A stretch of DNA of 63,901 bases, filler included, from an uncultured bacterium (lineage in GTDB: Bacteria > CAZSTA01), in NCBI GenBank assembly GCA_964609495.1. It is 3 parts of 3 records of this genome, joined end to end, with 100 filler letters (N's around TTAATTAATTAA, not from the genome) between each part and the next. Parts side by side here need not be neighbours in the genome. Positions count along the whole stretch, not along the records: positions 1 to 23,517 come from CAZSTA010000035.1; positions 23,618 to 47,005 come from CAZSTA010000036.1; 1 more part is not named here. The stretch is one strand, 5' to 3'. Below the pieces are notes generated by a model. The model was not told the DNA's origin, ran no database searches, and worked only from the letters and a program-made list of their open reading frames with translations. Shown here piece by piece: positions 19,686 through 26,744 of this stretch (the stretch's first letter is position 1; each line of letters opens with the position of its first letter). The translations under genes and the position numbers were made by a program.

Positions 19686-19838
19686 AAAAAAACACCACCC
19701 GCGAATATAGCGGTGGCTGGTTTCACTATTGGCTAACTTATAGTCCAAGTAACCACATACAGGCTATAGGCTTATCGCCACCTGGATAGATATTTATTCG
19801 TCTATTTGTATTATACTTCAATTAAAGCTCAGCGTCAA
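19686..19838 (-). promoter_or_regulatory. Promoter plus ~120-nt structured transcript with intrinsic terminator (sRNA or attenuator)
   Basis: TTGACG(19833-38)-17-TATAAT(19810-15); terminator ccaccgc...gcgggtgg followed by a T-tract; alternative pairing ggtggc/gccacc. Confidence 0.6.
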
Positions 19839-19909
19839 GTATGTGAGAATTATTTAACACAAAAAATTATCACGCTAGTTTATCCATAGCGTTTCATCAA
19901 CTCTTTAAT

Positions 19910-19926
19910 TTATGTAAACTTAATAG
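19910..19926 (+). repeat. dif-like site 2 (XerD arm only)
   Basis: ttatgtaaact followed by taatag, as at sites 1 and 3. Confidence 0.55.
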
Positions 19927-20085
19927 CTGATAGCCTAGTTATTCTCTACTTGAGATAAGGTAAAAAAAGTCCGATAAGTCCTCTACTAAGTAAATCTTAA
20001 TATATACTTGACGGCACCTACTCGATATGATATACTATAAGCAATTCTTTACCCTTAGCGGTGGCCAAAGGGAGGTCTATAAAAG

Positions 20086-20568
20086 ATGAGATTGCTTAAA
20101 GTAACTGCGATAGTATTAGCTCTGGTATTGATAATATTCATAGCTGGATGTGAAAAAGGTGGTGGTGAAACACCTAAGAAAACTCCACTTCCCGCCCCAT
20201 TCCCGTTGGTATATCAAGATAGTATAGTGAAAATTAGTTTGACTGATGGCTACACAATTGACAAAATAAAGGATTATCCCCTAAAAGAGGGAAGATACTT
20301 TGTGGTTTTGGAGCTATCGGTAGAATGCCTCTCTGATTCCTTCTCTACGTTTTTCTTTGACATAATTGATAGCCAAGACCGTGTTTATAAAGCTTCTGCT
20401 GCTACAAATGAACTTGATCAGCCAATATCATTTTTGACTCTATATCCAGGAGATAAGACAGAGGGAGGAATAGCTTTTGAGGTGCTCAAAGATGCCACGG
20501 GATTAAAGCTTAGATGCAGAGAGTATCACTACTTTCAAGATCCTATATTGTTCGACTTAGGCATATAA
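20086..20568 (+). CDS. Lipoprotein, DUF4352-like
   Basis: Lipobox IAGC; LYPGDKTEGGIAFEV motif; own promoter TTGACG-17-TATACT and RBS ggagg. Confidence 0.78.
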   Translation: MRLLKVTAIVLALVLIIFIAGCEKGGGETPKKTPLPAPFPLVYQDSIVKISLTDGYTIDKIKDYPLKEGRYFVVLELSVECLSDSFSTFFFDIIDSQDRVYKASAATNELDQPISFLTLYPGDKTEGGIAFEVLKDATGLKLRCREYHYFQDPILFDLGI

Positions 20569-20713
20569 ATAGTCTCTAAGTGGGATTATTCGGGATTGCT
20601 GACGTTAGAACCAGAAGGTGAGCTGAGCAATTGGAGGAATCTCATGGCAGCTATGTCATCCTTAGGAAAGAATCTAGTAGATTAATAAACAGGCTACTTC
20701 AACGCCCTTATTG

Positions 20714-20762
20714 AAGGTCAGATAAGTTAGATAAGTTTATGTAAACTTTGAATAGATCTAAG
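20714..20762 (+). repeat. dif-like site 3 (40-bp repeat with internal 9-bp duplication)
   Basis: aaggtcagataagttagataagtttatgtaaactttgaatagatctaag. Confidence 0.75.
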
Positions 20763-20804
20763 CTATAAATTTTGGGCTAAGGGATTTTAGAGGAGGATTA
20801 TTTA

Positions 20805-21566
20805 ATGTTTTCAAATGATGAATTATTCAGTTTTTTAATTAAGGGAACAGAGCGACCTTTCTCAGGATGGGATTTTTCATATATTGAAAAAACTAGAAGA
20901 ATGGTAGAAGCTCCTTTAAGCTGGAGTTATGCAAGTAAGATACTAATGAAAATAAGAAAGGTAGAATCATTACTTGATATGGGGACCGGTGGTGGTGAAT
21001 TTTTATCAATGTTACAGCCATTACCGAAAAACACCTATGCTACTGAAGGATATAAACCAAATGTTCCGATTGCCAGAGAGAGATTAGAACCTATTGGTGT
21101 AGAGGTAATTGAGATTAATGATGACGATAATTTACCATTTGATAATAATTATTTTGAATTGGTAATTAATCGGCATTCATCATATTCACCCCAGGAAGTT
21201 AATAGAATTCTTAAACCAAATAGTTACTTTATTACCCAGCAGGTTGGTGGACTTAATAATATAGAATTAAATAGGCTACTAGGAGCAAAAGTATATAATG
21301 AATGGAAATATTGGAATCTATCCAATGCAGTAAAAGAATTAGAAGAGACAGGAATGAAAGCTATTGGAAAAGAGGAGGACTCCTATCCCACTCGCATTTA
21401 CGATGTAGGAGCTGTAGTTTATTATCTTAAAGCTATACCTTGGCAAATACCAGATTTTACAGTTGAAAAATACTTCGATCCACTCAAAAAGATATATAAT
21501 AAGATTCAGAAAGACGGATATATTGATATAGGAAGCCATAGATTTTTAATAATTGCCCAAAAATAA
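20805..21566 (+). CDS. Class I SAM-dependent methyltransferase (AT-rich, apparently foreign)
   Basis: LLDMGTGGGE, LPFDNNYFELVINRH, TQQVG; sampled lines 23-33% GC. Confidence 0.9.
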   Translation: MFSNDELFSFLIKGTERPFSGWDFSYIEKTRRMVEAPLSWSYASKILMKIRKVESLLDMGTGGGEFLSMLQPLPKNTYATEGYKPNVPIARERLEPIGVEVIEINDDDNLPFDNNYFELVINRHSSYSPQEVNRILKPNSYFITQQVGGLNNIELNRLLGAKVYNEWKYWNLSNAVKELEETGMKAIGKEEDSYPTRIYDVGAVVYYLKAIPWQIPDFTVEKYFDPLKKIYNKIQKDGYIDIGSHRFLIIAQK

Positions 21567-21588
21567 GAGAGATTGTGAGAGATATATA

Positions 21589-21616
21589 AAGTCGCATAAG
21601 ATATCTTATGTTAACT
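21589..21616 (+). other. Canonical dif site (XerC/XerD recombination site)
   Basis: aagtcgcataa-gatatc-ttatgttaact, the 11-6-11 layout of E. coli dif (GGTGCGCATAA-TGTATA-TTATGTTAAAT). Confidence 0.85.
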
Positions 21617-21722
21617 TTAAGGCGAATTGGATATTTGAGTACAATAACTTCTGAAACTTCTGATTTTGATATACTAAATCGCAGAGGTTAATCCTTGATC
21701 CTATTAAGAGGAGGAACTATTA

Positions 21723-21950
21723 ATGGAGGCTAAACATAAGATCTATAATTTTATTGTCTTGATCGAACAAGATGAGGATGGCTACTATGTAGCGACTGTC
21801 CCTGCTCTTAAAAGTTGCTATACCCAAGCTAAGACCCTAGAGGAACTATATCCGAGGATCAAAGAGGTAATTGAACTCTGCCTTGAGGAAGAAGAACCGC
21901 TCTCGTTAAAGTTTATTGGAGTTCATCAAGTTGAGATCGAAGCTGATTGA
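21723..21950 (+). CDS. hicB: HicB-family antitoxin (no adjacent hicA)
   Basis: IEQDEDGYYVATVPALKSCYTQAKTLEEL...IKEVIELCLE; RBS gaggagg. Confidence 0.88.
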   Translation: MEAKHKIYNFIVLIEQDEDGYYVATVPALKSCYTQAKTLEELYPRIKEVIELCLEEEEPLSLKFIGVHQVEIEAD

Positions 21951-22120
21951 ATTTCTTAAAGGAAAGATTTTCTCGATTGGTATTTGAAAAAGTAGCAATT
22001 ATGATAATCAGATCTGTATTAACTTTAAAAAATTTAGCTCACTCCTTGACAGTTTAAGAGGATTATGATATTATAAAGTATCATTAGGAAGTCAAATAAG
22101 GAAAGGAAGCTGTTGAATAG

Positions 22121-23311
22121 ATGAAGGTAGTTCTAGCTTACTCAGGAGGTTTAGATACCTCGGTATGTATAAAGTGGCTACAGGAGGAGTATAAGGCAGA
22201 TGTAATAACCTTTACTGCTGATCTAGGACAAGGCGATCTTCACATAGAGGATCTTAAAAGTAGAGCTCTTATTATAGGAGCAAGTCAAGTTTACATAAAT
22301 GATGTAAAAGAGGAATTCGCCAGAGATTATGTGCTTCCCACTCTCCAAGCAGGAGCAGCTTATGAGGGAAAATATCTGCTAGCTACTGCCTTGTCAAGGC
22401 CGCTAATCGCCACTAAGTTGGTGGAGATCGCCCATCGTGAGAAAGCTGATGCGGTAGCGCATGGTTGCACCGGCAAAGGGAACGATCAGGTGCGCTTTGA
22501 AGTGACAGTGATGGCACTCGATCCCAAGCTAAAAGTGATAGCTCCTCTGCGAGAGTGGACGATGAAATCTCGTGAGGGAGAGATAGAATACGCTAAAGCC
22601 CATAATATCCCAATCACAAGCACCAAAGCTAAGCCCTATAGCTATGATCGTAACCTTTGGCATCTAAGTGCTGAAGCAGGTGTTTTAGAGGATCCATGGG
22701 TTGAGCCCCCTGAAGATGTCTATCAACTCACCGTATCTCCTGAGAAAGCTCCTGACAATCCCACCTATATAGAAATAGAGTTCGAAAGAGGAGTCCCGAA
22801 GAAGCTGGATGGTGAGGATATCCCCTTAGTCCCTCTCATCGAAAAGCTCAACGAACTCGGAGGGAAAAACGGGATAGGCCGCGTGGACATGGTCGAGAAT
22901 AGATTAGTAGGGATCAAATCCCGCGAGATATACGAATGTCCAGCGGCAACTATTCTCTATACTGCTCATCAAGCTTTGGAGACACTTACCCTGGATAGAG
23001 GGACAATGCATTTCAAACAGGAAGTCGCAGGTAGATATGCAGAGCTGGTTTATTACGGTCTTTGGTATTCTCCTCTAAAGAAAGCCCTAGATGAGTTTGT
23101 AAAAGTTACTCAACAAAATATTACCGGGACTATTCGCTTGAAATTATATAAAGGCAATTGCCTAGTGGTGGGGAGGAAATCCCCTCTATCGTTATATGAC
23201 TACTCCTTAGCTACTTACGATGAGGCTGATATCTTTGATCACCGTTCTGCTAAGGGATTCATTCAGCTATGGGGTTTACCCCTAAAGGTAGCCTCATCAA
23301 TTGGGAAATAG
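22121..23311 (+). CDS. argG: Argininosuccinate synthase
   Basis: AYSGGLDTS, HGCTGKGNDQVRF, ENRLVGIKSREIYE. Confidence 0.98.
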   Translation: MKVVLAYSGGLDTSVCIKWLQEEYKADVITFTADLGQGDLHIEDLKSRALIIGASQVYINDVKEEFARDYVLPTLQAGAAYEGKYLLATALSRPLIATKLVEIAHREKADAVAHGCTGKGNDQVRFEVTVMALDPKLKVIAPLREWTMKSREGEIEYAKAHNIPITSTKAKPYSYDRNLWHLSAEAGVLEDPWVEPPEDVYQLTVSPEKAPDNPTYIEIEFERGVPKKLDGEDIPLVPLIEKLNELGGKNGIGRVDMVENRLVGIKSREIYECPAATILYTAHQALETLTLDRGTMHFKQEVAGRYAELVYYGLWYSPLKKALDEFVKVTQQNITGTIRLKLYKGNCLVVGRKSPLSLYDYSLATYDEADIFDHRSAKGFIQLWGLPLKVASSIGK

Positions 23312-23364
23312 AAATTATCTGCTGGTGGTTTCAAATTTTTATATTCATTATTAAGAGGTGTAAT

Positions 23365-23517
23365 ATGAAAGAGGCGCAAAGAATTTCTAGATTACCTATA
23401 CCTTTATTCCCCACCTTGAATGCGATGAGACTCAAAGCTGAGAAAGCTGGATTAGATATAATCAACCTAGGAATAGGTAATCCTGATATGCCAACTGCTA
23501 AGCATATCAGGGATGCT
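23365..23517 (+). CDS. Class I/II PLP aminotransferase (LL-diaminopimelate aminotransferase-like), 5' part, cut by contig end
   Basis: MKEAQRISRLP...DIINLGIGNPDMPT; RBS gaggtg. Confidence 0.7.
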
Positions 23518-23617
23518 NNNNNNNNNNNNNNNNNNNNNNNNNNNNNNNNNNNNNNNNNNNNTTAATTAATTAANNNNNNNNNNNNNNNNNNNNNNNNNNN
23601 NNNNNNNNNNNNNNNNN
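23518..23617. other. Assembly gap with artificial linker
   Basis: N-run containing TTAATTAATTAA. Confidence 0.97.
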
Positions 23618-23822
23618 AATTAGTCTTTAACTCCCTAGCTAAGAATATGATACCTTGATTATAAGTTCAAAGACCAAAAGGGAGGGGGAACTAGAGAGAG
23701 TAAGCTTATCTCAATGTTCCCTCTCCCCTCGTGGGAGAGGGCTAGGGTAAGGGGGAATTAGTCTTTAACTCCCTAGCGAAAAACTGATAATATGATACTC
23801 CGATTATCTGCTCAAAGACCAA
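23618..23822 (+). repeat. Tandem repeat units flanking a CCCTCTCCC-N5-GGGAGAGGG palindrome
   Basis: aattagtctttaactccctagc...aaagaccaa at 23618 and 23756; palindrome core at about 23719-23741. Confidence 0.8.
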
Positions 23823-23830
23823 TAATAAAT

Positions 23831-23879
23831 AGCCACAGATAATACTCAGTTATGAGCGGATTTAGTATCATCTGTGGCT
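23831..23879. terminator. Hairpin downstream of hflC
   Basis: agccacagat...atctgtggct inverted repeat. Confidence 0.5.
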
Positions 23880-23900
23880 CTCAATTCGATCTTCTCCTAA

Positions 23901-24761
23901 TTACTTGCCCCCTTCAGTTATATACTTAAAGAACTCCGAATCCGCTGGCAGAACCAAAGTGGTATTCTCACTGATAGACTTTTGATAAGCCTCCAGAGTT
24001 CTCAGGAAGCTAAAGAATTCGGGATCTTTACCGAAAGCACTTGCGTAGGTCTCGATCGCCTTTGCATCCCCTTCTCCTCGAGTCTTCTCAGCTATCTGAT
24101 AAGCATCAGCCAGGATGATCACCTTTTCCTTGTCGGTATCCGCTCTGATCTTTAAGGCTTCCTCTCTCCCCTCAGACCGGTACCTCTTAGCCTCCCGCTC
24201 CCTCTCGGTCTTCATCCTGTTGAAGATCGCTTGTTTATTCTCCGCAGGCAGATCGGCTCTTTTCACGCGAACATCTATCACCTCGATCCCATAATCCGCG
24301 GCCTTCTCGTTCGAACTTTTAGTTACGATGTCCATAATAGACACTCTCTTAGAGGATATTATCTCCGCTAGATCGTGCTTTCCTAGCTCCACGCGTAATT
24401 CGGAGTATATGATATCGTCCAAGCGAGCTTGGGCATTGAACTCGTTCCTCACTGCCTCTAGGAACTTCTTAGAATCAATTATACGCCATCGGGCGTAGTT
24501 ATCAACGGACATAGTTTTCTTGTCCTTGGTGATGATTTCTGCTGGTTCAGCGTCATACTCCAACACCCTATCATCGAACATTTGCACCGATTGGATAAAG
24601 GGCAACTTAGTGTTTAAACCAGGCTTCGTAACTACCTTGACGACTCTCCCAAACTGAGTGACTACTGCTTGCTCACGTTCATCAACCGTGAAAAGGAATA
24701 GACTCAAGATTATCACCAAAGCGATCAAGATCACTACTGAAAATGATATAGCTTTAATCAT
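23901..24761 (-). CDS. hflC: FtsH modulator HflC
   Basis: SPFH domain; AVVTQFG, RMKTEREREA, DPEFFSFLRTLEAY. Confidence 0.95.
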   Translation of the reverse strand: MIKAISFSVVILIALVIILSLFLFTVDEREQAVVTQFGRVVKVVTKPGLNTKLPFIQSVQMFDDRVLEYDAEPAEIITKDKKTMSVDNYARWRIIDSKKFLEAVRNEFNAQARLDDIIYSELRVELGKHDLAEIISSKRVSIMDIVTKSSNEKAADYGIEVIDVRVKRADLPAENKQAIFNRMKTEREREAKRYRSEGREEALKIRADTDKEKVIILADAYQIAEKTRGEGDAKAIETYASAFGKDPEFFSFLRTLEAYQKSISENTTLVLPADSEFFKYITEGGK

Positions 24762-24764
24762 CGC

Positions 24765-25790
24765 CTATCTCCCCTCCTTTCCGCTCTCTGCACCTTCCGA
24801 GGTTAGATCTAGAAGTTGTAATAAACTACCCTTGGAGGCAGAGGAATCGATGATGAACTTTCGGACACCAGGTAGGATACTCTCCATCGTCTCCAAGTAC
24901 AGACGCTTTTCGGTGATATCTTTAGCCTTCCCATATTCAGCTAAGATCTCATTGAATCTATCCGCATCTCCTTGAGCCCTCTTTATCTTCTCCTCCTTAT
25001 AGGCTTCAGCCTCTTTGATCGTCTTCTCAGCTTCACCTCTTGCCTCGGGGATGATATCGTTCTGATATCCCCTAGCCTCATTGATCAGACGGCTCCTGTC
25101 CTCCCTGGCGCTGGCAACATCCTTAAAAGCAGGGACAACCTCAACTGGAGGCGTAACATCCTGGAGCTGAACTTGCACTATAGAGATTCCCGCATTATAG
25201 GTGTCCATGATCTCCTGAAGCAATTCCTTAGTTTCCCTCTGAATATCAGCCTTACCAGTTGTTAGAGCCTCATCGATAGCCTTGCTCCCGATCACTTGCC
25301 TTAGAGCTGCCTCCGAAGCATCCCCTAAGGCCCCAATCACATCACGAACGTTGAAGAGATAATTGGGTGCGTTTTTGATCTTGTACTGAACGATGATCTC
25401 AGCATCAACAATATTTTCATCCCCAGTGATCATCAGGGACTCCTCGGGGCGATCTATATACCTGGCTGGTGGCCCAGGATCGATAGTTCTAAAACCCAAC
25501 TCGATCCTCTTGATCTCCTCCACCTTGGGAGCATTAACCACCCCGATAGGACGAGGCCAACGCCAATGGAGACCAGGTCCCACCTCGCTCGAAAATCTTC
25601 CGAAGATCCTGATAACCCCTCTTTCCGCAGGGGCAACGGTATAGAAGCCAGAGCCTAGCCACAGCGCGAGGATAATGATCAGAGCGACAACTATCAGTGA
25701 GCCCCCGACCTGAAGAAAACTCAGTGAAAATCTGCCTCCTCCATTATCACCACCATTGCCCTTCATTGGAGTTATATCTCTTAATGACAA
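24765..25790 (-). CDS. hflK: FtsH modulator HflK
   Basis: MITGDENIV, AFKDVASAREDR, RLYLETME; start uncertain. Confidence 0.93.
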   Translation of the reverse strand: MSLRDITPMKGNGGDNGGGRFSLSFLQVGGSLIVVALIIILALWLGSGFYTVAPAERGVIRIFGRFSSEVGPGLHWRWPRPIGVVNAPKVEEIKRIELGFRTIDPGPPARYIDRPEESLMITGDENIVDAEIIVQYKIKNAPNYLFNVRDVIGALGDASEAALRQVIGSKAIDEALTTGKADIQRETKELLQEIMDTYNAGISIVQVQLQDVTPPVEVVPAFKDVASAREDRSRLINEARGYQNDIIPEARGEAEKTIKEAEAYKEEKIKRAQGDADRFNEILAEYGKAKDITEKRLYLETMESILPGVRKFIIDSSASKGSLLQLLDLTSEGAESGKEGR

Positions 25791-25948
25791 TTTTAACTAC
25801 CTCCTTTCCTTTACAATAGGAATATTTTATCTCCGAATTGCTGATCAGCGTTCCTCTCTAATATATGTTATTTAAAGTGAAAAGTGTCAAAAAGATCGAA
25901 GTGATTATAGCTATCTTAACACAAATGGATACAATTGTCAAGAATATT

Positions 25949-26150
25949 ATCGAGGGCGGTAAGCATGTAAAATCTGGGATCTAAGATCTAATTTACTTTG
26001 TATTACACCCTCCCCCTCTCCCCTCGTGGGAGAGGGGGAGGGTGAGGGGGAGTTATAACTCGATCTGAAATCATCACGAAGTAAAGACTTTTTGATCCCC
26101 GATTCTATATGCTTCCATCGAGGGCGTAAGCATGTTGTTCACATGCTTAC
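25949..26150. mobile_element. MITE/REP-like palindromic element
   Basis: 21-bp imperfect terminal inverted repeats (25961-81 / 26094-114, 18/21); central perfect 17-bp stem 26006-26044; direct repeat atcgagggcg(g)taagcatgt at 25949 and 26117; second copy at 1-52. Confidence 0.7.
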
Positions 26151-26416
26151 TTAAGAAAATAGATATAAAATTTGATATCTATCTGTCTTTGTCTATACCT
26201 CTTTATCCTGTAAAGTTCTCAATTTATGTGCATCCATAATCTCACAAAGGGTGGAATATTATCTGAAAATGTAGTATAATAACTATAGTTCCGGATTTTT
26301 TTTGGTAGGGTGTATGTGTAGCACAGATCCTATAAGATCTCGCATAAATGCTGGATTTTTCAAAAATCTGCGGAAGTATAGTATAATAAGATAAGTGGAT
26401 TTCATTAAAAAGAGGG

Positions 26417-26445
26417 TTGACTATAGAGCATAAATTTTATATACT
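26417..26445 (+). promoter_or_regulatory. sigma70 promoter for the kinase gene leader
   Basis: TTGACT-17-TATACT. Confidence 0.65.
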
Positions 26446-26744
26446 TGTTTAAGAAAGTCAGATTTAAGGGAGGATATGCTTCTATTAAGAAATAATAAGA
26501 GAAGCTATCCCGAACCCTAGAAACTTATCATCCTCCCTACAATAACGTCCTAGCTGGACGAAAAGAAACTCGTGATAGAGATAGGAGAGCTTCTCACTTA
26601 CCACCGACAAGCGACTAATTGCTAGGAGAGCTGATGAGCGACTAAAAGAGATTTGCTCTCAAGTTCCTCTAATCTGTGAGTATCTGAATATCACGGGGAT
26701 CAAGGGAAAATTAGGTGGATTGATTTATATAAGGGGGAAGTCCG

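Noticed and set aside
20610-20690. Possible degenerate tgtcatcc...gaatct REP-like repeat
   Set aside because: Too degenerate, with no partner arm or second copy in the window.
23518-23617. TTAATTAATTAA inside N-runs (also 47006-47105)
   Set aside because: Artificial all-frame-stop contig linker; no biology, and gene adjacency across it is not meaningful.
23618-23822. Possible CRISPR repeats at the contig start
   Set aside because: Only two long degenerate units separated by a REP-like palindrome; spacing and length do not fit CRISPR.
26545-26660. Hammerhead ribozyme (ctgatgag and ggacgaaa both present)
   Set aside because: The motifs are in the wrong order and no stem II closed by GAAA follows CUGAUGA.
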